Assembly: GCA_004322215.1 (NCBI GenBank)
Contig: SCSM01000036.1
Coordinates: 41,840 to 105,839, forward strand
DNA: 64,000 nucleotides
Reading direction: 5' to 3'
Origin: Bacteroidota bacterium
GTDB lineage: Bacteria > Bacteroidota > Ignavibacteria > Kapaibacteriales > UBA2268
The notes under the pieces were generated by a model. That model searched no databases. It had not been told where the DNA came from and was given only the letters and a program-made list of their open reading frames with translations. Shown piece after piece: positions 28,682 to 39,025 of this stretch. The stretch's first letter is position 1. Every line of letters begins with the position of its first letter. The position numbers and the translations under genes are program-made.

Positions 28682-29260
28682 ATGAAAAAATTATTTAATT
28701 TATATTTTATTATTCCCGGATTGGTATTGTTTGTGTTTACATCCTGCCAATCTCCATCGGATATTGACAGTCCGACAAAAAAGATTCCGGTTACTAACAG
28801 GATTGTTCCGAATCTGACTGATATTATTTTAGAAGAAAACGGGGAGCAAAGAAATTTTACTGTTGGTTTGACTTCCTGCTCGATAGATAGTTCAGGCACT
28901 ATCCCTTATGTTTGGATGGAACTGGAATTTGTATCTGTAAACCCGTCTGATTATATGGATAAAGGGTTTTGCATCAATGGATTTTCAATTGTACTGGATT
29001 CGCTGCCGATTATTGCAATGCCCAATCGTGAACTCGGCTCCCCGGAACTGGGTTCATGGACATCTTTCATCATAAACAAATCGAACAATTCTAAAGATAC
29101 ATTACAATCAGGTATGGGTACAAATTTCACAAATGTTTCGTTCAGTTTCGACAAAGAAAGAAAAGAAATGTTTGCTTTCATTTACACGGATTTATATTTC
29201 GAAAACAATCAAAAACCGGACAGTACATTTTTCAGGACTACTCTTAAATACCAGTATTGA
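28682..29260 (+). CDS. Lipoprotein, hypothetical
   Basis: Lipobox FTSC; 9 nt after the anti-sigma stop. Confidence 0.75.
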   Translation: MKKLFNLYFIIPGLVLFVFTSCQSPSDIDSPTKKIPVTNRIVPNLTDIILEENGEQRNFTVGLTSCSIDSSGTIPYVWMELEFVSVNPSDYMDKGFCINGFSIVLDSLPIIAMPNRELGSPELGSWTSFIINKSNNSKDTLQSGMGTNFTNVSFSFDKERKEMFAFIYTDLYFENNQKPDSTFFRTTLKYQY

Positions 29261-29287
29261 AGTCGTCAGACGTCAAACTATTGGCTA

Positions 29288-29695
29288 TCATCTTAATACA
29301 ACAAAAGATTTTGAATATGTATATTGATTGTTCTGTGCTACGATAAAATATACTCCATTGCTATTTTGTACCCAATTTTCACCTTTATCTGTTGACCGGA
29401 ATATACCTTCAATATCAGTACTTGCAAAAATATAATTTTCATTTATTGCTAATGAGCCAATAGCAGTGTCAGGAATCGGAATGGTCGTTAAACCTTTATT
29501 TTTTGGAATCCAATTATTTCCATTACCAGTAGTCATATATACACCACCATCAATTCCTGTGTATATATTATTGCCATCTTTTAAAAAGCAAGAAATCTCG
29601 CCACTCAAAAGCCCATTATTACATGGTTCCCATTGTGCAATTACCTGAATTGAAAACATGAGAATTGTCAGCAAGTAAAAAGCAAGCTTTTTCAT
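29288..29695 (-). pseudogene. Internally deleted BNR-repeat/T9SS cargo gene (still in frame)
   Basis: Signal peptide and two BNR-like repeats (TTGNGNNW, STDKGENW) join directly to the last ~23 aa of a CTD (NGVYFIV...KSFVVLR); the PNP half of the CTD is missing. Confidence 0.6.
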
Positions 29696-29788
29696 AATAG
29701 AATCCATTATTTTGAGAAATATATTCTAAATAAAATTATTTTCTATTCTCAAATCGCTGATGCGAAATTACTACATTTTGGCAATTCT

Positions 29789-29832
29789 TGAACCGAAGCG
29801 AAGCTGAGCTCAACGAAGTTAATTGCCCCTAC
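29789..29832. repeat. GTAG-type REP-like palindrome interrupted by a second palindrome
   Basis: Minus strand gtaggggcaatt[aacttcgttgagctcagcttcgcttcggtt]caagaattgcc (extends to ~29780). Confidence 0.4.
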
Positions 29833-29872
29833 AATCAAAAGCTAATACCGAAATGTCTATCTTACTTCTTTT

Positions 29873-29944
29873 TGTCATTCCGAACTTGATTCGGAATCCA
29901 TTGCCAATTAATGAAATGGATGCTGAACCAAGTTCAGCATGACA
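29873..29944. repeat. TGTC-tagged REP-like inverted doublet
   Basis: tgtcattccgaacttgattcggaatcc ... ggatgctgaaccaagttcagcatgaca; homologous element at 43217-43303. Confidence 0.8.
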
Positions 29945-30115
29945 ATTCATTCAAATAAAAAACAATCAACCAAAAAATTTTGCAGCATTAATATAGAGAC
30001 ACAAGAAACCTAAAAAAAGTTTCAGAAAAAATAACAAATTTTTACTGTAATAACACGACAAATCCCAAAATGTTTCAATGATATAAATTTTTGGGTTCAT
30101 TTTATTTTCAAGAAC

Positions 30116-30571
30116 TCAATTATATACATTTCCTTTTATGAGAAATTGAAACCTGTCCGAACCGTTTATTATTACATAATCAACGAATGTACCTACATTT
30201 ATTACATTTGTATTCCATTCGCAAATCAAGGGATTTTCCGTATTGTTCTGCTTTGGCGGTATGACAACAGGGTATCCCTTTTCCGGGTAAATTCTAAAAC
30301 CGAGATTGTTTTTGATTCTTAAACTGTAAATGATGACAGGGTAACCATTGGAATTGTTATTTAAAATAATTTTCTTATTTGGAACCCTGTGCCAGTGAAC
30401 ATCACCAAAATCAATTTCACTCTGCTCGAGAAATCCCAGTGAATCCTCCCTCGAAATTATCGGAAGTATGGTAATTTTTGAAGTATTATTTCCAACTTCA
30501 ACAATATCCTTGCATGATATGAATATTGCAAGTAGTAAAACAATAAATAATATTTTGTGTAAAGTTTTCAT
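30116..30571 (-). CDS. Lipoprotein with Ig-like (ASH-type) domain
   Basis: Lipobox FISC; EIDFGDV...I.L.N...P.VIPP; third gene of cassette 2. Confidence 0.72.
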   Translation of the reverse strand: MKTLHKILFIVLLLAIFISCKDIVEVGNNTSKITILPIISREDSLGFLEQSEIDFGDVHWHRVPNKKIILNNNSNGYPVIIYSLRIKNNLGFRIYPEKGYPVVIPPKQNNTENPLICEWNTNVINVGTFVDYVIINGSDRFQFLIKGNVYN

Positions 30572-30578
30572 TTTTTTT

Positions 30579-31733
30579 TCAGAATTTAATTAAAACACTG
30601 TAGTTAATTCCGATTTTTGAATTACCGAACCATTTATTAATATGATGGTACCTGAAATAGCTGTAATCCACTCCGAGTACAAATCCTATATCATTATAGG
30701 CAAGGTATTCTAATCCAATACCGGGTCTGAGGATTATTCCACCTTGATTAAAGCCGACATTCATTCCGAGAAAGGAGTTGAACGGACCGAAGCTATAAGG
30801 ATACCAGCGTGCATCGGCACTGAATGTGGTTAAATTTGATTGCTGATTGAATATGACGATTGAATCTTTCAATCCGTTCTCGGTATATTCGGTATAAAAT
30901 GTTTCCTGTCTCGCATCGGCACCGATTTTAAAATTATCCGATAAATCGAATAAAACCGAGATACAGAAATTGTTGAACGGCGATACCGAATGGAGCGGGA
31001 GTGTCTCTCTGAGTATATTCCATGAAGGGTTGTTACCGAAACCGATAGTAAATCCGATTGGGCCTTTATAATTAATAACTAATCGTCTGTCCGGGGGCGT
31101 AGTAGTCAAATTTGAAAAAGTAGAATTTAAATTTGATATATTATATCCCATTGAAGGAATGTCCGGTGACAGTGACAAGTTTTTATCTTCAGTTTGAGTT
31201 CCATTGTTGAAATCGGTAATTTCCCTATCATCAGAATTATTAAAATCCTTGTTAATATTTCTGTGATTCAAAAAATGCCGTTCCGAAGGTTTTTCCTTCG
31301 ATTCGACCACAGGTATTTGATTTACCGGATTTTTGGAAGCAGGGTAATTCGATTTTGAATGAATATCCAATGCATTGTCTTGATTCGGGTAAAAGAAAAT
31401 AAGCATAACTGCAAGTGTTAATATAACACCCATAACACCGGATAAAATATTACCCCATAAATTTGATTTTGAGAAAAGCGAATTTCGCGTCTGTGCAGCA
31501 GCGGTTACTCCTGGTGGCACCGAATATCCGAGTTTGGAGTATATGTTACTTACTACATAACTGGGTGGAGAGAAGGAATCAGCACATTTTTTTGCAGCAT
31601 AATCGAGCATCCAGTAGTTTTTGAATTCCACCATCCAATTACTGTCAGAGCCGATTTGAGTGAACATTTTCTGCATTTCATCATCGCTGATGGTTCTTTC
31701 GAAGTACTTAATAAAAATTTCATTCATATCCAT
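30579..31733 (-). CDS. Putative dual-membrane-spanning anti-sigma factor (paralog 2)
   Basis: N-terminal helical domain with FSPP; TM ILSGVMGVILTLAVMLIFFY; polar linker with IPVVES; barrel ending KIGINYSVLIKF; colinear with the 27446 protein. Confidence 0.7.
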   Translation of the reverse strand: MDMNEIFIKYFERTISDDEMQKMFTQIGSDSNWMVEFKNYWMLDYAAKKCADSFSPPSYVVSNIYSKLGYSVPPGVTAAAQTRNSLFSKSNLWGNILSGVMGVILTLAVMLIFFYPNQDNALDIHSKSNYPASKNPVNQIPVVESKEKPSERHFLNHRNINKDFNNSDDREITDFNNGTQTEDKNLSLSPDIPSMGYNISNLNSTFSNLTTTPPDRRLVINYKGPIGFTIGFGNNPSWNILRETLPLHSVSPFNNFCISVLFDLSDNFKIGADARQETFYTEYTENGLKDSIVIFNQQSNLTTFSADARWYPYSFGPFNSFLGMNVGFNQGGIILRPGIGLEYLAYNDIGFVLGVDYSYFRYHHINKWFGNSKIGINYSVLIKF

Positions 31734-31743
31734 AATACCTCCG

Positions 31744-32337
31744 TTAATATTTTATGTTTTCAACGTATTCTTTAAAATAATCCTTCAACATTCTGTAAGC
31801 CCTCGAATACCTCTGTCTTATGTTTTCTTCCGATTCGTCGGTTAATTCGGCAATTTCGGTATAAGACAAAAGATTAAATCTCCTCAGAATGAATGTATCA
31901 CGATAAATCTCGTCGATTTCAGTTAATCCGACTTTAAGAAGTGCAACCAATTCGGGTTCCTCGAATGTACGCGGGAAACTCAATGGTGTTGCGATTTTAT
32001 CGAGCTCGATGCCGTCTTTGTGAACAAAAATCCTTTCATCGTTGTTGTGCCTGGTTTTGTATGATTTAATCAGGTTATTTGCAATACCTATCAAGTATGG
32101 CTGAATACTCGCAATAGTTTGTCTTTTTTTAACAGCTTTATGGAAATGATACCATACTTCCTGGAATATGTCTTCTGCATCTCTTTGGTCGCGGATTTTA
32201 TACCTGCAAAATCCGATAAGTCTTTTGGAATGCCTTTGAAATATTTCATGAAACACGATATCGCTTGTTGGCTTTGGTTCGTTCAACAAAAGCAACAATT
32301 CCCAATCTTTATACTCGCTATAATCGTTCATATACAT
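31744..32337 (-). CDS. ECF sigma-70 factor (copy 2)
   Basis: DAEDIFQEVW, YLIGIANN, YRDTFILRRFNLLSYTEIAE...RYSRA. Confidence 0.88.
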   Translation of the reverse strand: MYMNDYSEYKDWELLLLLNEPKPTSDIVFHEIFQRHSKRLIGFCRYKIRDQRDAEDIFQEVWYHFHKAVKKRQTIASIQPYLIGIANNLIKSYKTRHNNDERIFVHKDGIELDKIATPLSFPRTFEEPELVALLKVGLTEIDEIYRDTFILRRFNLLSYTEIAELTDESEENIRQRYSRAYRMLKDYFKEYVENIKY

Positions 32338-32698
32338 TTTATAATTTAACTATCAAATATCTATATTAAAATATTTTTTTCACTGCCGGTTAATGATTAT
32401 TAAAATTAAAAACCTCTATATTAAAATCGGTAATTAATTATAATATTAACAATATTCATTATTTATAATTTTCGAAATAATCATATTCGATATTTAATTT
32501 CTCAAAACATTTTAAAAATATGTGGCTCTATATATGTATAGTGAGGATTTATTGGTGTTTGTGACAAAATTTTTTAAAAATTTTTTTTGAAACGCAGTAA
32601 GTCCTTTAAAATAATAAATAAATATTTCTATATAGCTTTATAGAAATTTTTTTTCAATTTGTTATTTTATCAATAATTTATAATTCAATATTTTATTT

Positions 32699-35600
32699 TT
32701 ATAAATTCAAATCTACATACTTACTCAAAATCTGAATTAATTCATCCTCTGTGAATGGCTTCGAAAGATAATCATTGCAGCCGGAAGCGATGAATTCTTC
32801 CCTATCTCCTTTCATGGCGAATGCAGTTATTGCTATAATAGGGGTTCTCTTGTAACCTTCCAAATTTCTAATTTCTTTTGTTACATCTATTCCGTTCTTA
32901 CCGCTTCCGAGATTTATATCCATAAGAATAATTGAATAATTTTTTTCGTTTACTGACTTTATTGCTTCATCGCCATCATAAGCAAAATCAATTACTGCAT
33001 TATCATTCAATATGAATTTCAGATATTTTATCGAAATTTCGTCATTTTCAACATATAGAATCAGTGGCATCGAATTATTTTTTTCATCCTCTATTTCAAA
33101 ATTTGTAATATCTTTTTTGGAAATTATATTATCAAATTCAGTTTTTTCATTTACTTCATCGGGTAATTTAACAGTAAAGGTCGAACCCACACCCGGTTTG
33201 CTTTTTACTTCAATTGTGCCACCCAACATTTCTATATATTTTTTCGTGATGGTTAAACCGAGTCCTGTGCCTTCGAATCCCCGGTTCAATCCTTCGCTCA
33301 ATTGTTTAAATTCGTTGAAGATTGTATCATAATCTTTTTCATCAATACCAATACCGGTATCAATTACATCAATGACCGCGTAATCCCTGTTGTTTAATAT
33401 TTCCTTTCTGACCTTGATTGTAATGCAACCTTCAACTGTAAATTTGAATGCATTGTCTATGAGGTTATTTAAGATGTCAATAATGATTCTCTGGTCAGAA
33501 TGAATAAAGAGTTTACCGAATTCAGATTCCAATTTCAATTCTATATTTTTTAACTGTGTTTCGGAACTATATAATCCTATTGACTCATTCACAAGTTCAA
33601 TAAGGTCAATGATATCATATACCGGGTTCAAATCACCTGCTTCAATGCGGGACAGGTCCAAAATCGAATTTAAAGTTTGCATCAGACGTTTACTGCTTTT
33701 GAAAATGAAACCTGAAATTTCTTTTAGAATAACAATGTCATTTTCTTTTTGCAAAATTTGAGAAAATCCCATAATCCCGTTCATCGGGGTTCGGAGTTCG
33801 TGACTCATATTTGCAAGAAAGCTCGATTTTAGACGGTTCATTTCTTCAGCTTTTTCTTTTGCTTTTATTAATTCTATTTCTGCTTCTTTTTGAGTGGTTA
33901 TATCTAAAAGAACTCCGGTGAGTCCAATAATGTTGCTTTCAATTTTATTTACCCTGCTTGAAGTGTGTACCCATCTTATTTCAAGTGATTTTGTAAAAAT
34001 CCTGAAATCAGTTGAAATTTCTTCGCCCTCTAATACTCGATTAAAATCAGATAATACATAATTTAAATCATCAAGATAGATAAATTCCTTAAGACTTCTT
34101 CCAGTTACTTCTTCTTGAGTATAACCAAAAACCTGATAAACTACGGGACTGATATAATCAATCACCCCTTCGCTTGTTAAAGAAAAAATTACGTCATTTA
34201 TATTCTCGACTAAACTGCTATATTTATGTTCAGATGCTATCAAAGCTTTTTCTGCCTTTTTCCTTTTTGTTATATCAAGCATCATTCCCGACATTATATC
34301 CCCTGCGAGAGTTTCGCTTATAAGTACATGTTTTGTATTACCTTTTTTAGTAATCATTGTTAATTCTAAGTTTTCAATTTTGTTTTCCGTTTTTATTCTC
34401 TCAATTATTGTGCTTCTTGAATCAACATCCTTATAAAGAGTTTTTACATTTATTTTGAGCATTTCTTCACATGAGTCAAATTCAAAAATTTTGGAGATAT
34501 AATCATTCACATACAATATGTCCCCGTTAAGATTTGTTTTATAAACACCGACAATTGCATTATCAACAAGGTTGCGATACTTTTCTTCGCTCCACTTTAT
34601 TCTTACTTCGGACTGCATTCTATTAAATGCTATACCGATTGCAGAGGCAATCTCTTCATAAAATTTGATCATATCTAAGTTAAATCTGCCAGACTGTTTA
34701 TCATTTAATTGCAACAATCCAATTACTTCATCACCAGAGCGAATTGGAATTAATGCCACTGACATATAACCTGAATATATGCAATTGTTCCTGGGATTAG
34801 TTCTGGGGTCTTCATTGGGTAACAAATCCAATAAATAGGTAGATTGATTGGTCCAAAAGCTGCCACCCTCGGTAAAGCAGGGTTTGCTTGTATCTGTTTT
34901 GCCTGATAATACTACTCCGCAGGTACATTCGAGAACCGGTAAACCGAATTCATTCTTAACAACAGAATTATCTTTGCTTTTTGCACACAGAAAATTTTCT
35001 TCTTTTATAAAAATATCATTAAAACCATCTTGAACATAATAGGGATAGTCATTCCCCTCTCTAAGTCGTATTCCGACAGCATCAAAACCCGTATATGATT
35101 TTATTTCCTTCAAAATATCTTTGATTAAATTTTGCCATTCATTTTGCCTGTTTAAATGCTCAAGGATCAGGGCAAAAAGCTTCAATTGTTCCTCAGACCG
35201 CTTTCGCTCGGTGATATCTCTGAAAATACCTAAAAGATATTTGTTCCCTCCAAAATTTATTGGAGCTGAACTTATATCAGCAAAGAATATTGTCCCATCT
35301 TTTTTTTGAACGGGAATATCCGACGCAATTATTATTTCCTTCCGGAGTTGTTTTTCAAATTGTTCGAGTACATACGGGAGTGCTTCTTGTGGATGAATCA
35401 TATTAACATTTATATTATATAATTCTTCCTCAGTATAACCAAGCATCTCACAAATTCTATTATTAGCAAGAAAGAAGTTTCGACTTTCTTCCTGAGCAAT
35501 AAGAATTCCATCTGTTGCTGTATTGAAAATGGTTCTGAACTTTTGTTCTGCTTCCTGCAGTGCCACCTCCGCCTGCTTGCGCTCTGTTATGTCCTGAACC

Positions 35601-38600
35601 ATGGAAAGGACGCCGACGACCCTGCCATCTGCTTCTTTGAGTGGTGTGTTGGTCCAATCGCATATAATGGTGCGACCATCTTTGGTCAAATTCTCATTTA
35701 AACTATGCGCAGTAGTGTCACCTTCAAGAAGTCGTGACCATATTGCATCTACCTGTGGTTGTACATCAATAGGCACAATAAGGTCATACGGATGTTTATC
35801 CATAGATTCGAATGCAGTGAAGCCGAAAATCTTCTCAGCAGCCGGATTCCATGATAGGACTCTGAATTCAGGATTCCATATTATACAACCGATAGGCATC
35901 CGGTTAAATTGAAGCTTTAAACGAGCCTCGCCTTTTTGCAGAGCTTCTTCTGCCTGCTTGCGTTCGGCACGATTACGCAAAGCGACGACGCCAAACGCCA
36001 AATCATTTGATAGTTCTTCCATTAGACGAATTTCGTCTGGGGTGATTGCGTTAGGTTCAGAGGAATAAATCAAGAGAACGCCGAATACTTCCGAACTTTC
36101 GTTCTTAAGAGGTAAGGCGATACCAGAACGATATCCTCGCTGCAAGGCGCTTTCACGCCACGGAGCCATTTTTGGGTCAATTGTGAAATCCTGAACATAG
36201 ATTATTTCACCGCTTCGTATAGCTTTTCCTGCGGGACCTTGTCCTCTTTCTGTATCTTCTGCCCATGTAAGTTTGACGTTTTCTATATACCCGCTATCGA
36301 AACCTGCCCAAGCAATTGGACGCACAGTTTTGTAGTCATCATGCTCGACATATCCTACCCAAGCCAAACGGTAATCTGCGTCATCGCAAATGATACGGCA
36401 AATTTCGTTGAGTAAGGTCTGCTCGTCAACTACCCTCAGAAGAGTCTGGTTGCAGTTGCTGATTGCTCGCAGTTCGCGATTCAATTTGCGTAATGCCTCC
36501 TCGATTTTTTTAAGTTCCGTAATGTCATGAACAGTCCCTAAAGAACATACCGGGTTGCCATTTTTATCATAAACAGTTTTGCATTTTTCATTTACATGTT
36601 TCAATTCACCGTTTTTCAGAAGTACCCTGTGGGTAATATCATATTTGGTTTTATTCTTGACCGATGAAGTATAAGCATCATTAACGAAATCCCTGTCATC
36701 AGGATGAACATAATTGAGAAATGCATCATAAGAAGCTCCGAACTCCTGCGGTTCGACTCCGAAAATCCGGTATATTTCATCGGACCAGGTGAGTCTGTTA
36801 TTTATTAAATCCAATTCCCAGTGGCCAAGATGTGCTATTGCCTGAGCTTCTCTGAGATTGGCTTCGCTTTCCCTTAATGCAAATTCCGAAAGTTTTCTTT
36901 TTGTTATATCTATTCCCATTTCCAGTATGAGCTTAGAACCATCAATATCCACAAAAGGAAAATCATAAACCTCGTAATTTTTTCCGTCAGGTCCTGTCCA
37001 TTCCCATTCTACCGGCTTCATTTTTTCGAGTGCCTTGAATGTTTGGCAATTTTCACATGGTTCTTTTCTGTTAAAGAGATACTCATAGCAGCATCGCCCG
37101 GGGAATTCGCCGAAGCGCTCTCTGAAAACCCGGTTTGCAAAGGTCATTTGATAATCCGGTGTAAGCAGGATTATATAGGTCGGTAATGTTTCAAGAACAT
37201 CGAAAAAACGCTTGCGTTCCGCTTTAAGAATTTCTTCGGCTTTTTTCTTTTCGGTAATATCACGGATATTGCATTGTATGACCCTGGTGTTATCAACCAT
37301 ATAAACATTGCTGACAAATTCGACATCAATTTGTTCATTGTTTTTAGTCATTAACTGCAAATCATCATTGTATGTATAATCTGAGTTCAGCTTTTCCAGG
37401 AAGAACTTTTCCGATGGAGCTATTTTAAAGAAATTGCCAATATCCCATAATTGTTTACCTAATAATTCAGCAACCGAATAACCTGCAATTTCGGTCATTG
37501 AAGGATTTAAGTCAACAATTCTTCCTGTTGAAGAATCGAGGATGATAATACCAACTTTGGCGGCTTCAAATAGACGGCGATAACGGGTTTCCGAATCATA
37601 CAGCTTTTTTTGAGCAATCCGTTCTTCGGTCTGGTCCCTGAAAATAAGTACAACACCGATAATCTTCTTATCCATGTCCCTGATTGGTGCACCACTGTCA
37701 GATATCGGAATTTCTCTTCCATCTCTTGAAATTAAAATAGTATGGTTTGCCAAACCTACAATTACTCCCTCATTCAGCACCCTTTGTACCGGATTTTCTA
37801 CAGTTTCTCTTGTATCTTCGCTAATAATATGAAATATTTTCTCTAAGCGTTGCCGTTTGGCATTTATTTCTTCCCAGCCGGTCAATTTTTCTGCGACAGG
37901 ATTCATTTGTTTTATATAACCGTTGATATCAGTAGTTATAACCGCATCGCCTATGCTGTATAAAGTAGTTTTGAACTCCTCATGTGATTCCCAGAGTTCT
38001 TTTTCTTTAAAAAACAAATGCTTATAAATATTTTTCTGTCGTGAGTTATATATATATGAAAAGCCGGCACCTGTGAATAATATTAATAACAGAACAAAAC
38101 CGATTGTTTTTCCACCTTCTATTAATAAGTCGGAATAAATTTCTTTTTTGTCAACTTTAGAAACCATAAACCAGCTTGTACCATTTATTGCGTGAATATG
38201 CGATAGAACATCCATGCCACGGTAATCCTTACCTTCAAAATTTCCTTTATTACCTGAGACAGCATAGGTCATAACACATTTATTATTAATCGGTAATTGT
38301 AAATTCAAAGCCGAATTCTTTTTGAGACGTAAATCATTTAATACTAAAATTCTGTTACCATCTTTGCGTAATAGCATAGTTTCAGCTGTCTTGCTGGGTG
38401 TGGGCCATGATTTTAAAAGAGGAAATAAATATGCTGCCGGTTCTATATGAAATACAATAGCAGCAATCGGATTTTTATCGCTGTTTATTATAGGTGAAAT
38501 TATTTCATAATGGATTTTCTTATGAACAGGACAGTAATAAATATCACTTAAAATTATATTTTTTTTTGAAATTGCCTCTTGCACCTTTAGTTTTACTGGT

Positions 38601-39025
38601 ATATCCATTAAAGAAGTATTTCTTCCCTGGTGAATCAGTAGTCCGCCTTTGCAATCAGTCAAATAAATATCATCAAAATCCATTGCTGTAATAAACAGGT
38701 TCAACCTGTCTTTCATATCTTTGATTAAACTGCTGTCATCTGAATTCCAAATAAATTGCTGAATCCTTTTTATCATTAACGATGACCTTGTAATGACTTC
38801 AGCATCTTTGATTTTACTTTTATTCCAATCAATAATTTGATTTACCTTCAGGTCGGCAACTGCTATTAATTCATTAGTCTGGTGTTTTATTAATTTACTT
38901 TTTTCATTGATATAATAGAGATAACCGCCGAAACAAAAGAATATACTGATAATAACTATTAGAAAAAAAACGTGCTTTTTATTATCAAGGTCAATTTTAA
39001 GAAGAGCATTCATAATAAACCTCAA
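32699..39025 (-). CDS. Hybrid sensor histidine kinase (Cache, multiple PAS/PAC, two GAF, HisKA, HATPase, REC)
   Basis: Two TM helices around a Cache-like domain; many DITxRK PAC ends; H-box FLANMSHELRTPMN; NLIDNAFKFT, DTGIGI, GTGLGL; receiver ILMDINL...SKPF. Confidence 0.95.
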   Translation of the reverse strand: MRFIMNALLKIDLDNKKHVFFLIVIISIFFCFGGYLYYINEKSKLIKHQTNELIAVADLKVNQIIDWNKSKIKDAEVITRSSLMIKRIQQFIWNSDDSSLIKDMKDRLNLFITAMDFDDIYLTDCKGGLLIHQGRNTSLMDIPVKLKVQEAISKKNIILSDIYYCPVHKKIHYEIISPIINSDKNPIAAIVFHIEPAAYLFPLLKSWPTPSKTAETMLLRKDGNRILVLNDLRLKKNSALNLQLPINNKCVMTYAVSGNKGNFEGKDYRGMDVLSHIHAINGTSWFMVSKVDKKEIYSDLLIEGGKTIGFVLLLILFTGAGFSYIYNSRQKNIYKHLFFKEKELWESHEEFKTTLYSIGDAVITTDINGYIKQMNPVAEKLTGWEEINAKRQRLEKIFHIISEDTRETVENPVQRVLNEGVIVGLANHTILISRDGREIPISDSGAPIRDMDKKIIGVVLIFRDQTEERIAQKKLYDSETRYRRLFEAAKVGIIILDSSTGRIVDLNPSMTEIAGYSVAELLGKQLWDIGNFFKIAPSEKFFLEKLNSDYTYNDDLQLMTKNNEQIDVEFVSNVYMVDNTRVIQCNIRDITEKKKAEEILKAERKRFFDVLETLPTYIILLTPDYQMTFANRVFRERFGEFPGRCCYEYLFNRKEPCENCQTFKALEKMKPVEWEWTGPDGKNYEVYDFPFVDIDGSKLILEMGIDITKRKLSEFALRESEANLREAQAIAHLGHWELDLINNRLTWSDEIYRIFGVEPQEFGASYDAFLNYVHPDDRDFVNDAYTSSVKNKTKYDITHRVLLKNGELKHVNEKCKTVYDKNGNPVCSLGTVHDITELKKIEEALRKLNRELRAISNCNQTLLRVVDEQTLLNEICRIICDDADYRLAWVGYVEHDDYKTVRPIAWAGFDSGYIENVKLTWAEDTERGQGPAGKAIRSGEIIYVQDFTIDPKMAPWRESALQRGYRSGIALPLKNESSEVFGVLLIYSSEPNAITPDEIRLMEELSNDLAFGVVALRNRAERKQAEEALQKGEARLKLQFNRMPIGCIIWNPEFRVLSWNPAAEKIFGFTAFESMDKHPYDLIVPIDVQPQVDAIWSRLLEGDTTAHSLNENLTKDGRTIICDWTNTPLKEADGRVVGVLSMVQDITERKQAEVALQEAEQKFRTIFNTATDGILIAQEESRNFFLANNRICEMLGYTEEELYNINVNMIHPQEALPYVLEQFEKQLRKEIIIASDIPVQKKDGTIFFADISSAPINFGGNKYLLGIFRDITERKRSEEQLKLFALILEHLNRQNEWQNLIKDILKEIKSYTGFDAVGIRLREGNDYPYYVQDGFNDIFIKEENFLCAKSKDNSVVKNEFGLPVLECTCGVVLSGKTDTSKPCFTEGGSFWTNQSTYLLDLLPNEDPRTNPRNNCIYSGYMSVALIPIRSGDEVIGLLQLNDKQSGRFNLDMIKFYEEIASAIGIAFNRMQSEVRIKWSEEKYRNLVDNAIVGVYKTNLNGDILYVNDYISKIFEFDSCEEMLKINVKTLYKDVDSRSTIIERIKTENKIENLELTMITKKGNTKHVLISETLAGDIMSGMMLDITKRKKAEKALIASEHKYSSLVENINDVIFSLTSEGVIDYISPVVYQVFGYTQEEVTGRSLKEFIYLDDLNYVLSDFNRVLEGEEISTDFRIFTKSLEIRWVHTSSRVNKIESNIIGLTGVLLDITTQKEAEIELIKAKEKAEEMNRLKSSFLANMSHELRTPMNGIMGFSQILQKENDIVILKEISGFIFKSSKRLMQTLNSILDLSRIEAGDLNPVYDIIDLIELVNESIGLYSSETQLKNIELKLESEFGKLFIHSDQRIIIDILNNLIDNAFKFTVEGCITIKVRKEILNNRDYAVIDVIDTGIGIDEKDYDTIFNEFKQLSEGLNRGFEGTGLGLTITKKYIEMLGGTIEVKSKPGVGSTFTVKLPDEVNEKTEFDNIISKKDITNFEIEDEKNNSMPLILYVENDEISIKYLKFILNDNAVIDFAYDGDEAIKSVNEKNYSIILMDINLGSGKNGIDVTKEIRNLEGYKRTPIIAITAFAMKGDREEFIASGCNDYLSKPFTEDELIQILSKYVDLNL

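Noticed and set aside
26857-32337. Invertible DNA segment between the two ECF cassettes
   Set aside because: Paralogs are highly diverged at DNA level, no long inverted repeats seen and no recombinase nearby
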